Origin: the human T2T-CHM13v2.0 reference genome, Homo sapiens
Assembly: GCF_009914755.1 (NCBI RefSeq)
Contig: NC_060934.1
Length of the DNA: 64,000 nucleotides
Direction: 5' to 3' (one strand)
Shown here piece after piece: positions 53,207 through 64,000 of this stretch (positions are counted from its first letter, which is position 1; each line of letters starts with the position of its first letter). A program made the translations under genes and the position numbers. A model generated the notes under the pieces. The model worked only from the letters and a program-made list of their open reading frames with translations. It ran no database searches and was not told the DNA's origin.

Positions 53207-55654
53207 GTGTTACAAGAACACATCTTGAGATGGGTCAATTTAATACAAAAAAAAAAAAAAAAGCAGTGAAAGTTCTTGCTGTTAGAATAGTTTGTAAGCC
53301 AGACCCTTCAGGACCAGTGGCTGGCTGGCTCCTGAGCCTCCTGCACCTTTCAGGGCCCACTTTTTAGGCCTGGCTGATACAGGAAATGTCCAGTTTGCTG
53401 TCACGGTGCTGGGAGGGTTAGCTTAGCAGTAGAATCACCAGACACACAGCGTGTCCATGTGGCCTGGGCTGAGCAGGGCAGATTGTGCTTATCGGGGTGA
53501 TTTATAAATAGCCTTCCCCGGGTGACCCAAGTCCAACACACATCTGCCCCTGGGTCTCTGGGAACAAGTTTGTCTGCTCTTGGATGACCAGAAGCTCACT
53601 GGGAAGGGAACAACTGTGTGCGGTGGGTAAGAAGGGGGCTGGTAGAATGCTGTGTCCTGGAGCAGAGGGGCTTAGGTCTCCTGGAACCTGGGGAGAGAAA
53701 GCTGTTGAGAGTAGACAGGAAGGCCAGAGATGGCCTTGCATCCTCCCACCTTGATTTCTTTTTGCCAGGACAGAAGTAAGTGTCTTTGTCTTTTCCTGAC
53801 CCTAAGGAAGCCCTGGAGACCCTTACTGAAGAGGGGAGGCCTCATGTCTTGAAATAGCCCTATTCCTCCAGTCTCTGCCAGAAATCTCAAGAACCCAAGC
53901 CTGCTGGTGGCACCAGAACTGGGCCGTCTTCCTCATTGGCTCTTGGGATTTTACTCCATATGCCCTGGGTTACTGGAGGGAAGCAAAGGGCTTTGAGAGA
54001 AGGCCACGCTACAGGGGCACACAGGGCTGCTGCTCCCCAACAGGGTCCATCGAGGCTGGAGTGGATTTTGGTTTTATTTCCATTTGAGAGTTTAAACCTC
54101 ATTTCACAAAATCCAGCCAGTCCATAGTCTTTATCTCAATCATATGCTTCATTTAGTTAATTGGAAAAATCTCAGACACCCCCTCATTTCTACTTGGTTT
54201 CCAAGGGTTGCATGGCATGAGCTAGTGGATGGGACAGAGCGGGAAGGACAAGGGATCAGTGGAGGCCTATCAAGACCCAAACATGGAGCATGTAGAGCAC
54301 ATGCTGATGTTCAGATGTGTCACCCCCAATTTAAGTCATTGGTATCACTCTGGAACATTCCCTGGAAGGGGCTGCCTGTGGGAAGAATACAGTGTGATTA
54401 ATCCACAGCCTCCTAAAGTCAAGGGGAGGCAAGAGCAGAACTCAGCTGACCTGGGTTCTCAGGAGAAAGACTGAAGCCAGCTCAGTGCAAAGTGCATTCC
54501 CTTCTAAGCCCAGGTCAGACAGCCTGGGGAAAGTCTGACAGAAAGAAAATCCCAACAACCAATCAACCATGAATAGCTTCCTCTCCAGACTTAGGGACCT
54601 CCCTGTCTTAGATGAAGGGGAAAGGGACGTTCTTCTGGGCCATGACACATGGCAGATGGGCAGGCCTTCCTTGCGTCCTCCATTCTCTGCTTGGCCAATC
54701 CCAGGGGCTCCTTTGGCCCACCCCACTCTGGGCTGTCTTCCCTTGCCTCAGTTAGTCCCTTCTTTCACTACTAACCCCCTTCCCAGGTGGGCTTGAGCTG
54801 CTGAGGGGCTGCAAGGATGGCTGGAGGGAAGGATTTCATCTGGGATATCTCCCACCTCAAAGCCTTCACCTGAAGCTTGAGGAGGGCAGGGGGAAGGGGA
54901 GGCTCTCCAATTTGCTTGGGAAGCCTCTGAAGGAGTTTCTGAGGCTCTCTCCCTACTCCCCACTGTGTCAGGAGGTTGGTTCCAGATCTGGCACCACTGA
55001 GCCTGCCTGTGAGGGCCAGGTCATGCCAGGTCACATTGGAGCTGCCCCTTGGCTTGCCATGTCCCGGGTTGCCAAGCCACAGTAGCACCACCAGCTCATC
55101 CTCTCACCTGGCTGTGTCTGCCACCCTCAGAGGCAGATCAGCCGAAGACTGCAGAGGTCAAGGGGTTAGAGCTCAGGCCCCCTGGGCTACAACCACTAGA
55201 TGCAAGCCATTTCTTGCCCTCAGTTTGCCCACCATTTCCCCTGTGGAAATCATTGGCTGCAGACCTCCAGTGAGCAAAGTTTTGGAGTATCTGGTCTCAT
55301 TCTCAACCATCCAGCACGGTAGGTCTTGTGAGCCCCCTCACGGAGGCAGGCGCCGAGGCTTGAAGAGGTTAAGTAACTTGCCCAAAGATGCACAGTGAAT
55401 GAGGGGCTTGTGATCTGAATGCAACTCCCATGTCTTGTACTCACTGCCTCCTGATACCCAGAGCTCCCAATAGATTCTCTAGAAAGGAGGCTATCCCATC
55501 ACTAGAGTCAAAACCTCCCTTAGGAAAGCTGAGTATGCCTAGAGAGGTGCACAGGCTTCACCCCAGCTCCTCAGGACTTTGGGAAGTTGCCCAGGGTGCT
55601 GCAGGGATTCCACACTGCGCTTGGAAGCCTGTGGCTCAGAAGGGGCAACAGGAC

Positions 55655-55815
55655 AGGCAAATCTGGGTTCATAGGTCAGCCCTGTCACTTCTCAGCAAGC
55701 CCCCTGGACCTCAGCTTTCTCCTCTGTAAAATGGGAATAATAACAGCTCCCACATTAGTCCTGTGAGCATTAACTGAGCAAATGTATGAAAAGTTCCCAG
55801 CACGTGGTAGAAATA
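55655..55815 (+). mobile_element. MIR
   Basis: CTGGGTTCA...CCTCAGCTTTCTCCTCTGTAAAATGGGAATAATAA. Confidence 0.7.
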
Positions 55816-57059
55816 CAAGAACTGCTCTCCTCACTCCACTGTCCTATTTAGAGATTTTTTTCTTCCCACTTAAACTCCAGCTTGGGCCTATACCTTCCAG
55901 AGTCACCAAGGAGAAAGTCCTATGCCTCAGAGTTCAGCTGGTTCATGCTCACAACTCAGTGGGAGAGCAGCTGGCACCATACAGGACTGACCCCAACCCC
56001 ATGGTGACCACACATGGTGACCACCTCCCCTCTTGTGCGGAAGAGGTCATGGATCTGAGCACCTTCAGCACATGGGGTGGATGGGAGGTCAAGCCTGAGT
56101 GGGAAAATGATACTCCCACCTCTGAACCAGGCTCAGGACAAGGGCAGACATGGCACAAACCACAGCCACTGACAAGCATCAGACCCGAGTGGCCCAAGAG
56201 ACTATGACTTGTTAGTACGTCCTCCCTGAAGCAGGGGCAACCTCCCATCACTCAAGACCCAGATCAGCTTTCTCCAGGTGCGGTCTCAGGGCCAGCAGAT
56301 CTCCTGAGTCCTGAGCGGGATCAAGCACTGTTAAGCCAGCCCCCAGGGCATTCTGAAAAGCGTGAGGATGCTTCCTTAAGAAGGGAAAGGGGGGCAAGGG
56401 GCTGGCGCTGTTCTCAGACACAACAGGAGATGCTCCAAGGAGCCAAGTTTTTCACATCAACACAGCCATAGGTTGAAATAAACATGGTTGTTAAAGGAGC
56501 ATCTTTCAGCTTTAAATTTGAAAAGGAGAACCAGGCTGGCCACATCTGAATGGTTTTCCTTGCCATGAGGAATTCCATGAAGCAGTTGGGTGCTGGTCAG
56601 CTCCTTACATTGCACTGCAGGAGCCTGTTCTCCCCTTTCCTTCCCCTGGCTGAGCCGCCTTACCCCTGCTGTGCTGGTTGGAGAAAGGACAGCAGTCATC
56701 TACCAGCTACTTTCCAGCCTCCAGCAGAGACAGGAGAAGGCCAGGCACAGCTTCAGACCTATGTGGGAGGCTTAGGAATTCCCAGGGGTGCTCTGTGTGA
56801 GGTCCCCTTCTCCTTATCCCAGATGCACACAGCTTTGTGGCTTCCAGGCCAGGGAAGATGAGCTCTGCAGGAGAGCCAGGTCCTACACATGCCTCCTCTA
56901 GCTTTACTAAAGCAAATGCTCCCTGGCGGGACCAGATGCAGAGAGAGATAACTGAGAATTTGCTAGGAGAGGGGTTGCTACCCACTCCTCGCCCTGCACA
57001 AACCTGTGGCAGATAGAAGACCATCTCATCTCTTGACTCTCTGCCTCACTGCATTCTGG

Positions 57060-57155
57060 AGAGACCTGGCCCTGAATCCTGGCTCTGTTGCTCTCTGGCT
57101 GTGTGACCTTAAGTGAGTTCCTTAACCTCTCTGACCTTCAATTTCTCCACCTAAA
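57060..57155 (+). mobile_element. MIR
   Basis: TGAATCCTGGCTCTG..GCTGTGTGACCTTAAGTGAGTTCCTTAACCTCTCTG. Confidence 0.7.
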
Positions 57156-59958
57156 ATTCCTTTTGCGTCAGCCCTACTCAATTTGCCAGTTGTTGCACCC
57201 ACTGAGTGAGGCCATGGATACAGAGTGAGGGACAGGTTGCAGGAGCGCCGTCAACAGGATGGGTGCCTGGGACTACCAGGGGGCTAACATTTGGTGACAG
57301 CTCTTCCAGCTCTGCTTCTCTGCCTGTGTCACGCAACCTCATGGCACCAGTTTGCATATGGAGAACCTGGTCTATAGACAATGTGATGGACTCTGTAGAA
57401 ACCCTGCCCTCCCGTAGTTCTCAGGAGTCCTGCCTGAACCTCCTCTCTCTGCCAAGGCTGGCACCCTCCGGGGCTGCTTTCAGGGGGTTCCCCTCCCCTT
57501 AGTGCCTGGCTCCCTTCCCAGGGGCTGGAGAAAGGATGGTTCCTGAGGGGATACCCCCATCCCAGCAAAAACAAATGTCTCTTCCTCCAGGAGCCCTCAA
57601 GTGGGCTTCTGTCTAGACAAGGCTCTCCAAGGTGGAATCTGGTCATAGGTTACAGTTGTCCCTTCACCACCCACTTCCTGATCCATAAGGGGTTTCCACA
57701 AGCATCAAGCTGCTGGGTCTGCCTTTCCATTTGCCCCAAGGTCACCAAAGTGAGACTGAGGCTCACACAAGTTAAGTGGCAAGTCCTAAAGCTGTCTGAT
57801 TCTGAAGCTCTTAACTGGAGAGTTATGTGCCCCAGTAAGTAAGGGCCAGGGCAGGGTTTCAAGTTCTTTGCACCCCATGCTATGGAATCCCAGGTGTCAT
57901 GGGGTATGGGGAATAGAAGGACATCTTATGGCCATAGGTCTCAAGATGAGCTCTAAGGAGACCTGTGGGTAAGAACCAGGAGTATGGAGGCTGCAAGGTA
58001 GCCAGGGGCAGGTGGGTCCCCAAAGTCACAGTGTGGTGCTGAGCAGAGACTTTTAACCTGTAGCTGGCATTCTAGAAGCTGCTAGAGGAGGCTCTCTAAA
58101 GACAGGTGAAAGGGACCACTTCTCTGGCAGCCCTAGGTTCCAGCCCCACACCACCAGGTATTAAATTCTGCGCTACACACGTTTCTCCTCTGTAAAGAAC
58201 AAGAGTAACTCCTGTGTAATGAGGCTGTTGTGAATACTAATTAAATAATAAATATTAATAATACTAGGTTATAAAGTACCTTTATACCAGGTGCTCATTA
58301 CCCACTCAGTGGATAAGAGAAATTTCTCTCACCTACTCATTCACTCACTTGTTTAGCAAATAAAAGGCCCCATGCTAGGCATAGGCACTGTGTGGAGACT
58401 GGAAACATAAGCTAGAGCAGTAAGGCAAGGCCCAGCCCATGGACCTGCCACCAGCGGGTGGGGTCTCCTCCCCTCCCCAAGTGAATCTGATCAGCCACTG
58501 TTTGGGCCTTGGGTCTCCAATTCTCCATCCAGATGAAAATCTAGCATTACCAGAAACGGGGCACCCGTAAGTTGGGCATAATTAGGGATGCCTAAAATTT
58601 CTGGTCTCAGAGAGTTTTTTTTAAATCACTATAGATCATAAGTCATTACTGAGTCCTGAAATCACTAAGTTGTGAAGAGGTTTTTTAAATGAACGAATAG
58701 ATTAGATTAGGATGGAGCAGTACATATAAGAAGGGTAAGCTTTGCTTTGTCTGGTTTTCCATGATACATATGTCTCCAAGCATGTTCTGTGCCATGATGT
58801 AAATGCATTTCTTACTACATGTAGAGGAGAAACCTCTGCTCTGTGGAGACACGGAGAGGAGGATGTGTATGCCATTCACTCGCTCCCTGTCGACCTGGCA
58901 GGTGAGGCACGGGGCTGCAATGGTCAGGGCCTTCTGAACCTCCTTCTAGTCCAGGCGTCCTCCCTGCTGTGGTGGGGATCCAGGACCTGGTGGTTTGGCT
59001 GACTCCAGCATCGAGAGACTCTCAAGCAGTGCCTGCCACAGGGACCGATTCCATGAAAATTCCTGTGTCCAGCATGGGGAGCAACCTTGGGAGTGGGCAG
59101 TCCCAGGGGCGGGCACAGCCGGGCTGATTTTTATTATCCCTTTTTTCCAGGTGTAGCAGTTAAGTGACACCCATGACAACAGCACTTTAGAGCTGGGTCT
59201 CCGCTCTTCGCACTGCTGGTACTGCCTATTTGATGACTCTCATGTCAGGTCCTGCCATTTCCAGAATCCAGGGCAAGATGTTCCTAGGAAATGTGGAGGG
59301 GAAGAGCAAGTGAATACATGAATGAGTGAAGGCAGGAAGAGCCTGGTGCTGGGCTAGTGCTCCCTCCCTGATTCTCTAACAGCAGTTCTCAGCCAGGGGT
59401 GATTTTGGCCAGAGACTTGGGCAGTGCCAGTGATGTGGGGACTTAGAAAGTCTATTGGGAGCACCTGTGCCAGGTGCATGGCATGGGGTCCACTTACTTG
59501 CAGATGAGAAAGGCTCTCACATGCCATGTCCCTCAAGCACGGTTGTACTCAGCAACCATGGCTAAAGGGCACAGAGCAGCACGAGGACCTGTGCCCAGAT
59601 CCCAGGGGGACCCACCATTCACATGGCCCCAGAGCTCCTGAAGGAGCCATGTGTCCCTTCTCCAGCAGCTGGCCTGGCAGTGGGGGTGGCCCTGCAGTTT
59701 GGGTTGGGTGCAACAAGGAGGTGCAAGGGTAAGAAGGATGAGCAGCAGAACCATGGCTGCCAGGCTGACCCTGCTTTCTCCCAAAATCTCTGCCTCTCAG
59801 GCAACTCCCCTCCTGGGCAGTGGAGCAGGACTGGCACTCACCCAACCCTGGGATAGGAAGACAGGGTGAACAGAGTTGTTTGGGATCACATGCTCTCCCT
59901 TCCAGATCTTTCCTGCTCCTACTTTTACCTGTGATGCCAGCATGGCTGCTCCTATAAA

Positions 59959-60053
59959 GCACCTCTGAGCTCACAAGGAGACGCCAAGGGCACCTCTGAG
60001 CTCGCCAGGAGAAGCCAAGGGCACCTCTGAGCTCACGAGGAGAAGCCAAGGGC
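59959..60053. repeat. Minisatellite, 31-bp unit GCACCTCTGAGCTCRCNAGGAGAMGCCAAGG x3
   Basis: Units at 59959, 59990 and 60021. Confidence 0.95.
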
Positions 60054-61972
60054 TCTTTGCTTAGGGAGCATCTGGCTGCTGAGGCTGGGCCCCTTGAGGT
60101 CTGCAGAGAACACCTGAGAGAGTGTCGTGGAGCAGCTGGCAGTGCCAGGCCTGAGCTCCTTCCTAGTGGAAGGGACTGTCCAGAGACGGTGTCTGGCTGA
60201 GTCCAGCCCATCTGGCCACCAGGAGTTCCAAGGAGTGATCCTCCATAATGCTCCACCTCCAGAAGCGGTCAGAAACTGCGCAAAGAGGTGCTGCTGACAG
60301 CTCGCAGGTTAGCCTTTGTGGAGTGAGACTCTACCCAAGTTTAAGCAGTGCGAGCTCCGGAGCCTGCTGGGATGCAGAGGCGCACCAGAGCCCCCTGCAC
60401 CCTGCAAGGCCCACTGAGCACACCTCGTCCCAACTCTGCCTGGGATATCAGGGAGGCAGCAAGAAATTAGCCAGTGCTACAAATCCAGTGCTTTTTGCCC
60501 CAGAGAGCTGGTTATTAAACATCGCTTGGCCTGCCCTGGTCATCAGGGAACAGGAACCAGGAGGGGACAGGTTTGTGGGAAACTGCTTGAACCCAGTCCC
60601 ATTCTCCTCCTCTCTTCTTTTCTCCTGTGACTTCTCATTTCTCCTGCCATAAGGGTCCCTCCCTGGGTCTGTGATGCCAGGTATTGGTCACCCTCATGTC
60701 CTGGGTTAGACCAAGCCCGGCCTTCCCTGTGCCTTGTTCCCTGGCCTCAACTGTAGGCACAGCCCTGGGTCTGAGCAGCACTTGGAAGCTTCTGGGGAAT
60801 GACCCATCCAGACATGGCAGACTGGCTACCCAGGCCAGAAGTCAGCTTCAGGCTGGGCTGAGCTCACAGAGAAAGCATCACTCCTCCAGTCTCTCCCCAG
60901 AGGGCAGCAGCCCCTGCTACCCCCTGCTCACATCCAGTTCTGTGGGTTTGACAAGCCCAGGCAAGCTGGTTTCTTCAACCACAACCCCTGGGGCATCCTG
61001 GACTTCTACCTGCTACAAGATTTAGAGGCTCCTGCACATGTAATGTGGTTGTAGAAGATTCAGACTCCCACCAGGCCAACACTGCCATCATGGCACCCAA
61101 CCACATCATGTTCCTGGGGCTGGCCAAAGCCAAACTTGTTCTCTCCCAGGGCACAGTGGCCTCAGAGTCAGTTTGAGAGCCTTTGGCTTTCCCAGGCTAT
61201 AACCTGAGTTTGGGTCCAGTCAAGCCAGGCCAGGCTGCAGGCTGACACCCCTCTCCCATGTGCCAAATATCAGGCTAGTGGAGCCAAAATGGCCAGACTG
61301 GATGCACAATGACCCTTATGTATATCAAATCTCTGCTTTACACACATAAGAGGCACTGCCCAGTGGAAGCCAATCTAAGGCAATCAGAGGTAATTGTGCT
61401 TTTACAAAGCAGTAACTTCCCAGGATCCATCCAGTTACGTGAGGAGAGGGCCCGGGTCAGCCCTGCACATGGCTATATCTCCAGCACCAAAACTGGTGAC
61501 GTGAAGCAGGTGTTCAATAAGTAGTTGTTGAATGGATCAATACATAAATAAGCTTAAGTCACGCTTACGAGATCTTACGCTTTCTTCTAGGAGTCTAAAT
61601 GAACTTATAATTTCTGATTTCCAAAAGTAAAAGGGGTTACAAAGACACAGCGAGCCCCACATGGGAGATGCTGAGGAGGCATCAACCTGGGGCCAGAGAG
61701 CAGGGCACAGAGGCCGAGGACTGGGTGAGGCCCTGCTCAGCACTCCCAGGCCTTAAGCAAGGGACCAGCGATTGACCTAGCCAGTCACAGCTCAGTTTCA
61801 TCAGCTGTAAGATGATGAGGGGAGCCTATCATGCCAAGTGTTATCAAGGAATAAGTGAGCACGGGCAGGTGCAGGGGTCGACCTGCTGCTTCACAGACAC
61901 TCAACACGTGTCTGCTGCCCTCACCTGAAGGACTTCAACTGAGGAAGTAAATTTTGCCATTTCACTGTTGGC

Positions 61973-62334
61973 TGCTATGGGCTGAATGTGTGTGCTCCAA
62001 AATTCACTGAGATTACCCCAGTGGAATGGTATTAGGAGATGGGGCCTATGGGAAGTAATTAGGTCATGAGGGTGGGTCCCCTGTGATAGGATCAGTGCCC
62101 TTATAAGAAGAGACACAAAAGGGCTTGCTAATACATGTGCACACTCACTCTCTCTCTCTCTGCTGTATGAGAATACAACAAGCAAGTGTCCATTTACAAT
62201 CCAGGAAGAGGGCCCTCACCAGAAACCAGATCTGCCAGTGCCTTGATCTTGGACTTTCCAGCCTCCAGAACTGTGAGGAGTAAATGTCGATTTTAAGCCT
62301 CCTAGCCTATGATATTTTAGTTCAAGCTAAGACA
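61973..62334 (+). mobile_element. MaLR solo LTR (MLT1A/MST-like)
   Basis: TGCTATGGGCTGAATGTGTG...GCCCTTATAAGAAGAG...CCTTGATCTTGGACTTTCCAGCCTCCAGAACTGTGAG...CTAAGACA. Confidence 0.9.
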
Positions 62335-63549
62335 TTCTCCTCATAAAGCATAGACCATAGACAAGGACATTCCCCTCTAAAGCAAGAGGGCTGTTAGAAT
62401 TGCACAGAGAGGTCGAGAGCTTGGCCCAAAACTGACCAGCAAGGCACCCTGTGGCGTGGGGTGGTGGAGGCTGTGTGTGCTGTGCATCTGTGGATGGAGG
62501 ACCATCTGTGAGCAGGGCTCCAGGCTGTGCATAGACAGGGAGGAGTTGTCACACTTCACTCCACTGAACTGCTCGTCACACATGCCTGAGTCGATGGCTC
62601 AGAAAACCAACCCAGAAAGAAGAGCAAGAGGAATCAATTCCAATTTGTTAGAGCCTTCTGGGTGTGATAAAGCCAACCCCTGCCATCTCCACTGTCTTCC
62701 TGTTTCCCCTTCTCTAAGAAGTGAAAGCACCATTCAATTAAGGTAATTAAATTCACCCGAAGATCTTGGGCTCAAAAACCACACTACCGGCAAGTGGTCA
62801 AACCCAGCAACAAAGCAAACCCCAGTGGCTTCCTGTGGAAAGATGGGCAGGGATGAGGAGGAAAATGGAACATATCTTCAGCAGCTCAGGGGTGCACCTT
62901 GGGCCTGCAGGGGAGCCCCCAGCTCTGCAGAGCCCAGCTGCCTGAGCCTCCCGCAGCACCAGAGCCCTCCCCAAACAGGAAGGACTCATGTTTACAGGCT
63001 GAATCAAAAGTTTCACTTCTGTGGATGTCTGGGAGAACTCAGCTGAGAAGATCCTTATTACATGACGTGAAAGTGAAATGAAACCCTCGTTTTCTCCCCC
63101 AGAGACACCAATTCTCCCATGAACTCCAGCCCATGAGCCATAAGCGGGGCTGGCAACACCTCCCAGGACACGCCTAAGGAAGCCTGAATCCACAGGCCAG
63201 AGGTTCAGGGTTTCCTCCTGGAGAAAGCAGAAGGTGGTAAGGTGGTGAGCCCAGGCTGACTCGTCCCCAGTTCTTCCCTGTCTTTACATGCTGTGTGGCA
63301 CTGAGCAACATCCTGCACCTCTCTGTGCCTTTGTTTCTCAACCTAGGAGATGGTGACAAGGCCACTCAACCTGCCTCAGAGGAGTCATGAGAATCAAACA
63401 AGATCACGGATGCTGAAATGTGTCATGAACTACAGGGTGATGCATACACATGAGCCGTGACTGTCACTGTGTCATCCCAGTATTGACTCACTGCATTGGC
63501 TTCCTCTGATTGTGATCCACTTTGAGTGCTAAAAGTTGGTGAGACCCTC

Positions 63550-63568
63550 AGGTAGCCAGATGATGATG

Positions 63569-63600
<32 letters not shown>

Positions 63601-63793
63601 GATGAAGAAGAAGAAGAGGAGGAAGTCGTCGTCCAGTGGAATTTGAATTTCAGATAATGAATAATTTTGTTAGTATGAGTGTATCCCACATATTGCGTGG
63701 GATACACTTACACTAAAAAAGTATTTATTGTTTATTTGAAATTCACATTTCACTCAGTGTCCTGTATTTTTAATTTGCTCAATCTAGCAGCCC
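63550..63793. mobile_element. MER53 palindromic hAT MITE with internal triplet-repeat expansion
   Basis: GGTAGCCAGA...AATTTGAATTTCAGAT...ATTTGAAATTCACATTT..TCCTGTATTTTTAATTTGCTCAATCTAGCAGCCC. Confidence 0.85.
63559..63633. repeat. Compound triplet repeat (GAT)9 GGT (GAT)5 (GAA)4 (GAG)2 GAA (GTC)3
   Basis: Read directly. Confidence 0.97.
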
Positions 63794-64000
63794 GACCATG
63801 CCAGACCACCAACTGTTCCCTCTGTGCAGTGTCCCCAGGACCACCAAGACCCGGCCCCAAGCCCACTCTGTCACTCACCAGCTGTGAGACATGGAATATC
63901 TGGGTCCTCCCTCTGAGGGCACTTTGTCTCTCCTCATGGGTGATTGTGGTCCCTGAGTTGGGACCTCCAGCGTCACCCAGTGGGGCTCTGGTCCTGTGGA

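Noticed and set aside
56000-56024. 13-bp tandem duplication CATGGTGACCACA
   Set aside because: An ordinary micro-duplication.
59549-60256. 235-aa minus-strand ORF (also the 188/208-aa ORFs at 40885-42013)
   Set aside because: No recognisable domain, GC-rich chance ORFs, and partly built from a minisatellite.
63423-63707. Poly-Ser ORF (minus) and D/E-rich acidic reading (plus)
   Set aside because: Microsatellite inside MER53; the plus frame has TAG at 63553 and TAA shortly after; no pseudogene context.

Overview
Primate (human-like) genomic DNA, judged from Alu, L1PA, MIR, L2, MLT/MER repeats and CpG depletion. It looks intergenic or deep-intronic, and I found no host protein-coding gene. 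The only real coding sequence is a disabled L1PA2/3-like LINE-1 at the left edge (1-4458), with the ORF1 C-terminus and an ORF2 broken by stops and frameshifts. All other ORFs are chance or repeat-derived. Much of the window is old repeats: L1M fragments, six Alus (five with visible target-site duplications, TSDs), MaLR/ERV1/ERVL LTRs, hAT MITEs, MIR and L2. Subfamily names come from recalled consensus sequences, not a RepeatMasker run. I found no evidence of a new multi-gene system. The best second-look items are: (i) an ERV1-LTR fragment that appears retrotransposed by L1 (poly(A) signal, A-tail, ~15-bp TSD); (ii) four short direct duplications spaced 1.2-2.1 kb apart, including a 96%-identical templated insertion; (iii) a palindrome-containing 20-bp VNTR; (iv) a MER53 hairpin related to miR-1302, carrying a compound triplet repeat; (v) a CpG-enriched element flanked by divergent strong splice donors; (vi) a CTCF-like site with upstream motif and several homeodomain-motif-rich candidate enhancers.
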